Part shown: piece by piece, positions 1 to 7,559 of the stretch
How positions within the stretch are numbered: position 1 is the stretch's first letter
How the letters are laid out: every line of letters begins with the position of its first letter
Virus record (IMG/VR): IMGVR_UViG_3300037461_000313
Location: 1-33,446 of that record
Length of the DNA: 33,446 bases
Reading direction: 5' to 3' (one strand)
DNA from: a virus
Taxonomy: Duplodnaviria > Caudoviricetes
The notes under the pieces: model-generated
The model's database searches: none
What the model was told of the DNA's origin: nothing
Seen by the model: the letters and a program-made list of their open reading frames with translations, nothing else
Translations under genes and position numbers: made by a program

Positions 1-80
1 AGGCTTTCGATACAGGGTTTAAGCGCACCTTCAAAATTGACTCCGCAACTCGGAATTAGGATAGTTATTTTCTCGTTCAT
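1..80 (-). CDS. Glycosyltransferase family 2-like protein, N-terminal part (runs off window)
   Basis: Not in ORF track. ATG at 80-78 after SD AAGGAG; translates MNEKITILIPSCGVNFEGALKPCIESL, matching the GT-A/GT2 start pattern (I/V-x-I-I-I-P ... L-x-x-C-I-E-S). Confidence 0.6.
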   Translation of the reverse strand, partial: MNEKITILIPSCGVNFEGALKPCIES

Positions 81-112
81 CAAGAACTCCTTTCTAAAAT
101 ATCAATCTTATT

Positions 113-430
113 TTAATCTTTTTTGCGATTTATGATTGCCAAAATAATTGTCGTAAGCGTAGAGAGAATCGTGCCTGCAAAACCTAGGTACATTTTCATG
201 TCCTCTCTCTTTTCCTTTCTGAGTTCGGCTTCGGCGGCAGTCGCTTCAGCCCTTACTCTTTGTAAATCAGCCGCAGTTGGCCGCGGCGGATGTGCCACCC
301 CTCTGTCCACTTTGACCGTTGCCCTTTCCATCTTCATCAGGACGGGACTACTCTTCCCGAAGTATTGAACTCCTGTGAAGATGGCAAACACGATGCTCAA
401 AGCAATAAAAACCTTTACAATTTTTTTCAT
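113..430 (-). CDS. Small membrane protein with N- and C-terminal hydrophobic helices
   Basis: Likely start MKKIVKVFIALSIVFAIF at 430 after AGGTGAG; second hydrophobic stretch YLGFAGTILSTLTTIILAII followed by a basic tail. Confidence 0.65.
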   Translation of the reverse strand: MKKIVKVFIALSIVFAIFTGVQYFGKSSPVLMKMERATVKVDRGVAHPPRPTAADLQRVRAEATAAEAELRKEKREDMKMYLGFAGTILSTLTTIILAIINRKKD

Positions 431-439
431 TTTTCTCAC

Positions 440-760
440 CTACTTATATTTAGGTGATTTGCCTTTAAAAGTATTTTGAGGGGCAGTTTGTGTCTCTGGA
501 GACACGTTTTTCTTGAAGCAAGAGGTGATTTCTGAGCAAAGCATCCAATTCTTACAGAGGTGAGTGGTTGTTTTAACCCCTGCCGTCCTTGAAATGTAGG
601 TAGTAACAGCGAAAAAATCGGCCCGAGGGCAGGCCGCTCTACTTTCCCTGTCAGGGCTATGCTCACACGTCATGCATTGGCCTTCGTAGTAGGTTACGTT
701 TGCCACCCCGTTCTCTTTTTCTTCTTTCAGCAAACGCTTTTGATTGACGTGGAAAGCCAT
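440..760 (-). CDS. Cys-rich hypothetical protein (possible Zn-binding)
   Basis: ORF packed between neighbours; CMTCEH plus further Cys/His residues. Confidence 0.65.
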   Translation of the reverse strand: MAFHVNQKRLLKEEKENGVANVTYYEGQCMTCEHSPDRESRAACPRADFFAVTTYISRTAGVKTTTHLCKNWMLCSEITSCFKKNVSPETQTAPQNTFKGKSPKYK

Positions 761-761
761 T

Positions 762-1508
762 TTAACCCTTCACGACCAAGTTCTCAGCCTCGGCATCAAT
801 CTCTTCGGGGGAATGGTAGCCTTGTTTAATCAGGCCTGCCACGTCCTCTACGTTCTTGTATCCCGCCCCAATCCACCTTGCGGCTTCACGGGGATAAATC
901 ACAACCTCTTCCCACTTCTTCGCATCGTCAGGCTTCATCCTCAGCGACTTCCAAGCCTTCACCAACGAAGGATACTTGAATCCTGCGTCCAACCAACTCT
1001 GCAACTCTTGTAGAACCACGCCGGCTTCCAACCACTTCGGAACGTCAGCGAGTTCAAGAGCCTTGCTGTCGAGTAGGGGACGAACAAACTTCTCCAACTG
1101 AGTCAGGTCTAGTTTGTAGTCCTCGGAGAACTTAATCATCGTGTCGGGGTCTTGTATCCCGATTTTCGACCACTTGGCGTAGGTGTCGGAATTCACGCCT
1201 TTTTCCCTGAAGGCCAAGGCCACTTCGGGCTGTGCGTTAACTCCGTGCCACCCAAGTACTTCTTTGTAATCGGTGATGCCTGCGGTGTGATAGTTGCCGA
1301 CATCGTACACGTTAAGTCCCTGCTTCTTGTACACAGCGGCAACACTTGGCTCAATCCCAGGAACCATATCCCGCCAATAGGCGGCTTCTTCGGCGGCATC
1401 GCTGTCCTTGCCGAAGTTGGTCTGCCACCTTTCCCTGTCTATCTCGTCTGCGAAAAACTCATTCCACGCCGCAGTATCAGGCGATTCCATCGTATATTCA
1501 TCTGCCAT
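762..1508 (-). CDS. Hypothetical protein with tandem W-x-x-x-G helical repeats
   Basis: SD AAGGAG; repeats such as KWSKIG, KWLEAG, SWLDAG, RWIGAG, several at about 13-aa spacing. Confidence 0.8.
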   Translation of the reverse strand: MADEYTMESPDTAAWNEFFADEIDRERWQTNFGKDSDAAEEAAYWRDMVPGIEPSVAAVYKKQGLNVYDVGNYHTAGITDYKEVLGWHGVNAQPEVALAFREKGVNSDTYAKWSKIGIQDPDTMIKFSEDYKLDLTQLEKFVRPLLDSKALELADVPKWLEAGVVLQELQSWLDAGFKYPSLVKAWKSLRMKPDDAKKWEEVVIYPREAARWIGAGYKNVEDVAGLIKQGYHSPEEIDAEAENLVVKG

Positions 1509-1512
1509 AATT

Positions 1513-1797
1513 TTACTCCTTAAAATAATCTGTTATTTTGTGTACAGGTTCAAATAAAAATTTTTCTTTAATAAACTCTTCTAGTTCTTCTTCAAGTTTA
1601 GTTTTATCAGCAGGCGTCATTTTGTTGATATAAACGTTTCTCACAATTTGTTTATCTTTGGTGTTCATGTGTCTACTTTCGTGAGGGTCTATTTCTGGTT
1701 CTTGGTTTAAAATAGAATAAACGACATTGATTATTCCTGGTGCTTGGGTTATTTCTCTAATCAAAACAAATCCTGATTTTAATTTTTCAACTTTCAT
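1513..1797 (-). CDS. Hypothetical protein
   Basis: 94-aa ORF, SD AAGGAG upstream, operon packing. Confidence 0.7.
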   Translation of the reverse strand: MKVEKLKSGFVLIREITQAPGIINVVYSILNQEPEIDPHESRHMNTKDKQIVRNVYINKMTPADKTKLEEELEEFIKEKFLFEPVHKITDYFKE

Positions 1798-1820
1798 TAT
1801 AATTATTCTCCTTGCCCCTT

Positions 1821-2123
1821 CTATTTAGGGCTAAATTCCAATTGTAGGTATTTCCAAAGGGTTTCCACCTTCCCTCTGTCCGACATCCACCCCATTTCGA
1901 TGATGAAATCTCCTACGTAGTAGAACTGCTGTTCGGTGATGTGTTCGATTTGTTCTTCAACAGTAAGAAAGCCTTCCCTGTTGGCATCCACCTTGCGAAT
2001 TTTGTGCAGTTCTTTTACAAGTTGCTTGATTCCATCTGTCTCGTTAGGGTTAAAGTTCTTTAATAGCGTCTGCTGTTCTTTTAGCGTTTGCTTTTCTGAT
2101 TTTCTTTTGTTTCTCTTTTTCAT
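1821..2123 (-). CDS. Hypothetical protein overlapping the 3' end of bS21
   Basis: ATG at 2123 preceded by AAGGAG-ACTGT; fills the gap to 1821; 74-nt overlap with bS21. Confidence 0.6.
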   Translation of the reverse strand: MKKRNKRKSEKQTLKEQQTLLKNFNPNETDGIKQLVKELHKIRKVDANREGFLTVEEQIEHITEQQFYYVGDFIIEMGWMSDRGKVETLWKYLQLEFSPK

Positions 2124-2265
2124 ACAGTCTCCTTTTTTGAGACGGCTTCAGAAAGTACGTGCGCTCACGATAGTTCGTAACGATACGCTCGTCAATTACC
2201 TTCTTTTTGAACCTTCTCAACAACGACTCAAAACTTTCCTTTTCCTTCAAATAAACACTTGCCAT
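2050..2265 (-). CDS. rpsU: Phage-encoded 30S ribosomal protein bS21
   Basis: MASVYLKEKESFESLLRRFKKKV...I....RER.YFLKPSQKRR matches the bS21 signature (E-S-F-E/D-x-x-L-R-R-F-K-K ... Y/F-x-K-P-S-x-x-R-R); 71 aa, basic; SD AAAGGAG. Confidence 0.92.
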   Translation of the reverse strand: MASVYLKEKESFESLLRRFKKKVIDERIVTNYRERTYFLKPSQKRRLYEKEKQKKIRKANAKRTADAIKEL

Positions 2266-2266
2266 C

Positions 2267-2914
2267 TTATTCTCCTTTAATACCTTTTCTTTTTTGCCAC
2301 CATAATTTCATTCTTTCACTTTGTTCTTTTTTCTCTTTTTTAGTATATATTTTTCCCGAAGCGAATTGATTTCCTATCATTTTTTTTGATAATTCTTTTT
2401 TTAAAATAGGATTATTTTCCCAATATTCTACTTTTTGTTGTGAATTTATTATTTTTTGTTCAGGATTTTCTTCCCAATATTTTTTAGTCCTTTCTCCTGT
2501 TTTCTTCTTTTCTTCAGGATTTTTATATCGTAACTTTAATCTTCTTTTTCCTTCTTGGGGGTGAAGTTTAAAATATTCCTTTATTTGTTTACTTATTTTT
2601 TGCCTTGTTTTTTTATGAACGTGTTTATTTTTATGACCACCAGATTCTAGGTTATACCCATTAGGAACTTGACTTTTAAATTCTTTTATCAAAAAACTTT
2701 CTATCCAATCCAAATCTTCTTCTGGACAAGAAAACTGAATTTTTTTAAAATTTTCAAGCCCATATTTTTTAATTGCCCTAAAAAATACACGACAACCTTT
2801 ATCATTTTTATGTTTAGTTATTCTTTTTAATAATGGCATTGTTGTTTGACCCCACCATTGTTTGCCATTAATTAAATTAGTAAAACAGTAAATTATCCCT
2901 TGTTTTTCTTCCAT
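2267..2914 (-). CDS. Free-standing GIY-YIG (Seg-like) homing endonuclease
   Basis: GIIYCFTNLINGKQWWGQT...R...AIKKYGLENF...E...PNGYNL; basic NUMOD-like C-terminal repeats; AT-rich compared with flanks. ATG at 2914 (GTG at 2917 is an alternative). Confidence 0.88.
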   Translation of the reverse strand: MEEKQGIIYCFTNLINGKQWWGQTTMPLLKRITKHKNDKGCRVFFRAIKKYGLENFKKIQFSCPEEDLDWIESFLIKEFKSQVPNGYNLESGGHKNKHVHKKTRQKISKQIKEYFKLHPQEGKRRLKLRYKNPEEKKKTGERTKKYWEENPEQKIINSQQKVEYWENNPILKKELSKKMIGNQFASGKIYTKKEKKEQSERMKLWWQKRKGIKGE

Positions 2915-2919
2915 CACTA

Positions 2920-2961
2920 TTATTTATTGTTTTGGGTTGTCTTTGCAACTACTGTTGCCAT
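2920..2961 (-). pseudogene. 13-aa mini-ORF MATVVAKTTQNNK, probable remnant duplicate of the bS21 5' end
   Basis: TAAAGGAG-N6-ATGGCAA..GT......AAG aligns with the bS21 start region. Confidence 0.45.
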
Positions 2962-2964
2962 TTT

Positions 2965-3222
2965 TCACTCCTTTATCTTGTCAAGAATGTGCTTCTTGAA
3001 GCAGTTTTCACAAATATCTAGTTCGATTTTCTTATCATCCACCAACGTATCTCCAAGGATGGAGCCGTAATGGTTCGTCTTTTCGATGTGGACGAAATTT
3101 TGCGCTTCTATAAATTCTGTCTTCCCTAGGGAGATATCCCACGAACGAACCTTCCCGCAAAGGTCGCACCTTACAGAATCCAACTCACTTACTTTCTTCG
3201 TTACCGTTTTGTAGTTCCTCAT
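2965..3222 (-). CDS. Zn-ribbon hypothetical protein
   Basis: Start MRNYK at 3222 after GGAG; CDLCG ... ICENC pair of CxxC motifs. Confidence 0.75.
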   Translation of the reverse strand: MRNYKTVTKKVSELDSVRCDLCGKVRSWDISLGKTEFIEAQNFVHIEKTNHYGSILGDTLVDDKKIELDICENCFKKHILDKIKE

Positions 3223-3634
3223 CTTTCTTCTCCACAAATTCTACCAAATCAGGATTTTCAAAAGCGTTCCCGATAACTTCCAACCCGCAAGGACAACAAT
3301 CACAGATGGCAAACTCGCTCATCATTGTTGCTCCGTGGTAATATTGACCAATCCACCATCCTGAATTTTGCCACATCACTTGTCCTTTTGTGTAATCGAG
3401 CCTGTAGTCTTTTCCCAAATCCCATTCAGGTGATTTCAGTTTAAAGGCAGGGTGTTCAAGCCAAGGTTTGACAACATCACCTTCGTAAATCTCTTTGCCG
3501 TTCTTGTCCGTAAGGCCTGTGTACTGCATCACTTCCACATCGCCTGGTAGATTGTTGGTTTCGAACGCATCATCGTCCAACATCTTTTCTGCCACCAAAT
3601 CCCAATACCTAAATTTTATTTCTCTTCCGTTCAT
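3185..3634 (-). CDS. YopX family protein
   Basis: Start MNGREIKFRYWD at 3634 (SD AAGGAG); MQYTGLTDKNGKEIYEGDVV and EVIGNAFENPDL are YopX signatures. Confidence 0.9.
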   Translation of the reverse strand: MNGREIKFRYWDLVAEKMLDDDAFETNNLPGDVEVMQYTGLTDKNGKEIYEGDVVKPWLEHPAFKLKSPEWDLGKDYRLDYTKGQVMWQNSGWWIGQYYHGATMMSEFAICDCCPCGLEVIGNAFENPDLVEFVEKKDEELQNGNEESK

Positions 3635-4007
3635 CTTTCTCCTTCTGCCAATCGTCCTTGTGGATGATGCGGTACTCGTGGCTCCATCCAAAATCGTGTT
3701 CTTTTTGATGCCTCAAATGCTGATTCATCACGACCTCGGCGGTTTCCATATCGTAGTACTTCCCTTCCCTAGTCCAATCGTTGTTCTTTCCCGTTGTCCA
3801 AGTCCACAATATCCACCGTTTGTTTCCGAATTCTTCCTCTCTCCTTTTGTCTTCGGCTACCATTCTTTCCCACACTTCTTTCGTGTAGCGGTACTGAAGA
3901 TACCATTCCTTTTCACCCTTGTGGTGGCTTTTCGGTTTGGGAATTTCGGGGGCAGGAATTCGTTTTTTATCCCTGTGTGCCGATGCGATTTTCGCACGTT
4001 CGGTCAT
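3609..4007 (-). CDS. Hypothetical protein
   Basis: 132-aa ORF, SD GAGG, Trp-rich, operon packing. Confidence 0.7.
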   Translation of the reverse strand: MTERAKIASAHRDKKRIPAPEIPKPKSHHKGEKEWYLQYRYTKEVWERMVAEDKRREEEFGNKRWILWTWTTGKNNDWTREGKYYDMETAEVVMNQHLRHQKEHDFGWSHEYRIIHKDDWQKEKDERKRNKI

Positions 4008-4017
4008 TTTTACCTCA

Positions 4018-4593
4018 CTATCTAATGTTATTTATTAGTTCGTAAATTAATTTGGTTTGTTCGGGGGTGAACATCCAACGTTTGTTCACATTTTTCTCGG
4101 CCCAAAATTCTACAGAATTGTGTCGCTCTTTTGCAACGGAAAACCAATCAGCCACCATTTCCCCAATCGCCAAAGTACTCATCTTTGTGGCATCAATTAC
4201 CTGAGAGGCTTCGTCCCTTGCGTCAGGATTCACCAAGTTGGTCGTGATATCCGTCCAATACTCAGGGTGATGAGAGTTGTTCTTAATGTGGTGCGCCGTT
4301 GCCTCGTCCATCGGCTTCTTCATTTCTTCGGGCGGCGTGTAGGGAACAGGAGGGGTTAAATTCTTGCACCTGTACATCCAAGTGGTGAAGATGTACGGGG
4401 TTCTTTCAGGTTCTCTGAACTTGCTAGAATCGTGCCAACGTGCGGCTTCGACTAGTCCCTTGAATTTCTTAGGGTCGTAGTTTTCGATTTTCTTGCAGTA
4501 ATTCTGTACCGATTTTATGTGGGCTTGGGTTCGTTTGACGAACCAATTTTCCATTTCCTTCGTGTATTCAGGTTCAGAAAATTTGAACTTCAT
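4018..4593 (-). CDS. DUF5662-like / HD-superfamily phosphohydrolase
   Basis: H...WHDSSKF..PE...HHIKNNSHHPEYW...EMVADW motif set. Confidence 0.75.
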   Translation of the reverse strand: MKFKFSEPEYTKEMENWFVKRTQAHIKSVQNYCKKIENYDPKKFKGLVEAARWHDSSKFREPERTPYIFTTWMYRCKNLTPPVPYTPPEEMKKPMDEATAHHIKNNSHHPEYWTDITTNLVNPDARDEASQVIDATKMSTLAIGEMVADWFSVAKERHNSVEFWAEKNVNKRWMFTPEQTKLIYELINNIR

Positions 4594-4602
4594 TCTACCT
4601 TA

Positions 4603-4613
4603 ATTATACCACA
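4603..4613 (-). promoter_or_regulatory. Extended -10 sigma70-type promoter (TGTG-G-TATAAT)
   Basis: Minus strand reads GGTGTGGTATAATTAAGGTAGAATG: perfect TATAAT with a TRTG extension, 9 nt before the DUF5662 ATG; no good -35. Confidence 0.55.
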
Positions 4614-4614
4614 C

Positions 4615-4770
4615 CTAGTTTCTTGGCTTGATGTAGTCCTGTAATTTGAATTTATTGATAACGTCTTCAGGAGATACGGATTCATCTTTTGCATTGTAGG
4701 CTTCCATCTTCCCTGTATCGACCCATCTCTTGATAACGTCAGCCTTACTTTCTAGAAGGGTGAATTTCAT
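4615..4770 (-). CDS. 51-aa hypothetical protein (MKFTLLESKADVIKRW...)
   Basis: Below ORF-track cutoff; ATG overlaps the NTase stop (ATGA) and the ORF fills the gap to TAG at 4617-4615. Confidence 0.65.
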   Translation of the reverse strand: MKFTLLESKADVIKRWVDTGKMEAYNAKDESVSPEDVINKFKLQDYIKPRN

Positions 4771-5600
4771 ACCCAATACCTCACGAATCTTTGCATCAAA
4801 TCCTTCAACTCATCCTTCTTCAATTGACTGTCTTTCAACTCATCCTTGAAGATGGCTTGCCATTTAAAATAAAGCCACTTAACCAACAGTTTGTACACCA
4901 CGTTCCAAGGAAGGAAGTTGCGACTGCGGTACTTACGCACGATACCCAAGTCCGTCCCTTCCAAACTCTTTTGGAACTCATCTACCCGCTTCTTGTGGAT
5001 GGCATCCAAGGAGTTGATGTAATCATCCAACTCCAATTGGAGCAAGTTCAATTTTTCTTCGAAACTGCCGCCGTTCTTGTAATCGTCCACCAACTTCTGC
5101 GTCATCTCCGCTACATCATCCAATTGAGCGTCAAGTCGCTTGGCGATTCGGGCGGCGAGTTTCTTGGGGTTGGCTAGCACTTCCTCCACTTCATCCACAT
5201 CGGCGGGTTCCTTCACCCACTTGTCCTGAAGCAAGTCGTAGATGCCGTCAGCCAAGGTGTCCAAGTCCTTCACTTCGTCCGTGCGGAAGTAGAAGTTGAT
5301 TGGGAACGGCCCGAAGAAGTTGCGCTCGTTGATGACTCTTGTGAGTTTGCGGTATCGTTCCAACGTTTCAACATCGACATCGCAGAACACGGTGCAGTCG
5401 ATATCGGATTCGTGGCTCCAAAATTTGCCTGTGATGGAACCCACGATTGTCAGTTCCCGCCAAACGATTTTCAACTCGGTGAGGATGTCAACGATTTTTA
5501 CACGAATCAGCGGATTGATTTTTCCGTTTCGCCAGACGTAGGGATTTTCAGATTCCTGCGGCGGGTCGATGATGGATTCGCGTAAGTGTTTTAAAATCAT
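4767..5600 (-). CDS. DNA polymerase beta-superfamily nucleotidyltransferase
   Basis: LTIVGSITGKFWSHESDIDCTV = hGS-x10-D-x-D motif; GIYDLLQDKWVKEP; helical C-terminal domain. Confidence 0.85.
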   Translation of the reverse strand: MILKHLRESIIDPPQESENPYVWRNGKINPLIRVKIVDILTELKIVWRELTIVGSITGKFWSHESDIDCTVFCDVDVETLERYRKLTRVINERNFFGPFPINFYFRTDEVKDLDTLADGIYDLLQDKWVKEPADVDEVEEVLANPKKLAARIAKRLDAQLDDVAEMTQKLVDDYKNGGSFEEKLNLLQLELDDYINSLDAIHKKRVDEFQKSLEGTDLGIVRKYRSRNFLPWNVVYKLLVKWLYFKWQAIFKDELKDSQLKKDELKDLMQRFVRYWV

Positions 5601-5601
5601 T

Positions 5602-6603
5602 TTAGGCCATTTGTGGATGATTGGCTAGATAGGACAAGAATTCTTTAGCACTTTTAACATCTATTTTTGGAAATGCTGTTCGAATGGCATTGTCTGTAAT
5701 GTTTCCTGATTTGATAGCCGCTGAATTTTTTTTGATAAAATCCATTAGTGCTGAGTCTTTCTTAGCCTTTTCGATAACATCATTCCCCACATTTGGATTT
5801 CTTTTTACAACCTTATCCTCTGCGGCTTTAGTAAAATTTTTATAAATCAATGGCATCACTTTTTTGTAGAAATTTTGTGAAAGTGTTTGGTACTGTTGCC
5901 ATCCTTCAGGAGTAATATTCCCCTCAGTATCTCTTGGTAATTTTTGAATTTCTTCCTTCGGGGCATACTGCATTAAATTCTGTTGACCTAGTGTTGATAA
6001 CGTATTTTTAATCACATCATTTATTGTGCTTAGGATTGCTGTTTGGTCAAATCCAAATTGCTTCGTTAGAGGGGCAACCAATGTTTTTATCGAACCTACA
6101 TTTTGTGGTTTACTTTTTGCTAAAGTTTCTGTTGTTGTTTTTTTCTGTGCCTGTCCCGCCTGTTGAACCAAAGTTGTAAAATTTTGTGGCCCGACAGGGT
6201 TGCCCTTAGAATCATATAGATAAATTAAAGGATTAACAGTCCGACCTCTTTTATCTTGGTATTGTTGCATCAGGCCAAATACGGGGGTAGTCCCCCAACC
6301 ACTCATATACTGCGAAATAATTTTTTGTCCGTTGACATCTTTACCCAAATATTCAAGCATTTTTTCATCATTTGTTTTTTCTACTTTTTGAAAAGCATTT
6401 TTCCAAGTGTTATAAATATTTACTACGTCCTGCCCCATTCCTACTATAGTGTTGATTGCTTGTGTTTTTAACCCCAATGCGCCACCCAAAGAGGCCAAAG
6501 AGTTCAAAGTAGTCGCTGTGGCCTGCCCAACTTTGGCAATTTTGCTTTTTTTATCTACTTCCTGAATTTTCTTCTTAGTTTCTATCACTTTGAATTTGCT
6601 CAT
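5602..6603 (-). CDS. Hypothetical Lys/Gln-rich protein, possible internal head protein
   Basis: Start MSKFKVIE at 6603 after GGAGA, directly downstream of a late-type promoter box. Confidence 0.75.
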   Translation of the reverse strand: MSKFKVIETKKKIQEVDKKSKIAKVGQATATTLNSLASLGGALGLKTQAINTIVGMGQDVVNIYNTWKNAFQKVEKTNDEKMLEYLGKDVNGQKIISQYMSGWGTTPVFGLMQQYQDKRGRTVNPLIYLYDSKGNPVGPQNFTTLVQQAGQAQKKTTTETLAKSKPQNVGSIKTLVAPLTKQFGFDQTAILSTINDVIKNTLSTLGQQNLMQYAPKEEIQKLPRDTEGNITPEGWQQYQTLSQNFYKKVMPLIYKNFTKAAEDKVVKRNPNVGNDVIEKAKKDSALMDFIKKNSAAIKSGNITDNAIRTAFPKIDVKSAKEFLSYLANHPQMA

Positions 6604-6618
6604 ATTGTTCTCCAAAAG

Positions 6619-6640
6619 TATTTATTATATTCCATAAATA
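6619..6640. promoter_or_regulatory. Divergent pair of T4-late-like promoters (AATAAATA on minus 6626-6619; CATAAATA on plus 6633-6640)
   Basis: Two TAAATA boxes back-to-back exactly at the strand switch; similar to the T4 gp55 box TATAAATA. Confidence 0.75.
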
Positions 6641-6646
6641 TAGTTG

Positions 6647-6880
6647 ATGGCATTATACAAGTTCTCTAGACAGCAAAAATACTGTGGCCTTTGTAATTAT
6701 TGGTACGGTTGTAGAAAGTTGGATTCTATCTGGAATCCAATGTTTGTTGTGGTCGAGGGAGCAGGTGCAGAGGAAATTGGTCAATGTGGACATAGAAAGT
6801 CGGGTTGGTGGAACCAGAAACGCAAAGCAAACCAATCCTGTCCTTATTTTGACCTTATGGCTAGATTAAAAAACCTTTAA
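6647..6880 (+). CDS. Small Cys-rich protein (CxxC-x-x-W...C...C)
   Basis: CGLCNYW...GQCGH...SCPYF; ATG 6 nt after the promoter box, no SD. Confidence 0.7.
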   Translation: MALYKFSRQQKYCGLCNYWYGCRKLDSIWNPMFVVVEGAGAEEIGQCGHRKSGWWNQKRKANQSCPYFDLMARLKNL

Positions 6881-6881
6881 A

Positions 6882-7559
6882 ATGATAATTTACGAAATTA
6901 AAAACAGAATCAATAATAAAATTTATGTGGGAAAACACTCTAAATGTAACACTAATAAAGAATTTCAGCAAACTAATTATTGGGGGTCAGGAACTTATAT
7001 TAAACGAGCAATTAAAAGATATGGGATAGAAAACTTTGAAAAAAGTGTTATTGTTGAAAACATTATAAATGAAGATGAGTTAGATAAATACGAACGTTTA
7101 TATATCGAGAAAAAAAATAGTAAAGTCCCAAATGGATATAATTTAACGGATGGTGGTGAAGGTCTTTTAAATCCATCAGAAAAAACAAGAAAATTATTAT
7201 CAGAACATCAAATTGGAGAAAAAAATCATAGATTTGGAAAATCTCCTTCCCAACAACAAAGAGATAAAGTTTCACAAACACTTATAAATACATTACAATC
7301 AAAAGAACAAAGAGAAAAAATGGCAGAAAGGATGAAAGGCGAAAAAAATTCTATGTTTGGAAAAACAGGAGAAAATAGTCCTCATTTTGGTATAGTGAAA
7401 TCTAAAGAACATAAAAGAAAATTATCAGAGACGCATAAGGGTAAAAATAATGGAATGTACGGCAAAACTTTTTACGAAGTTTGGATTGAAAAATACGGAA
7501 AAGAAATTGCAGATGAAAAGTGGGAGAAATGGATGAAAACTAGACAGAGGGTAAACTAA
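6882..7559 (+). CDS. Free-standing GIY-YIG homing endonuclease with NUMOD3-like repeats
   Basis: MIIYEIKNRINNKIYVG...YWGSG...AIKRYGIENF...PNGYNLTDGGEG; GEKNHRFGK / GEKNSMFGK / GKNNGMYGK repeats; very AT-rich. Confidence 0.92.
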   Translation: MIIYEIKNRINNKIYVGKHSKCNTNKEFQQTNYWGSGTYIKRAIKRYGIENFEKSVIVENIINEDELDKYERLYIEKKNSKVPNGYNLTDGGEGLLNPSEKTRKLLSEHQIGEKNHRFGKSPSQQQRDKVSQTLINTLQSKEQREKMAERMKGEKNSMFGKTGENSPHFGIVKSKEHKRKLSETHKGKNNGMYGKTFYEVWIEKYGKEIADEKWEKWMKTRQRVN

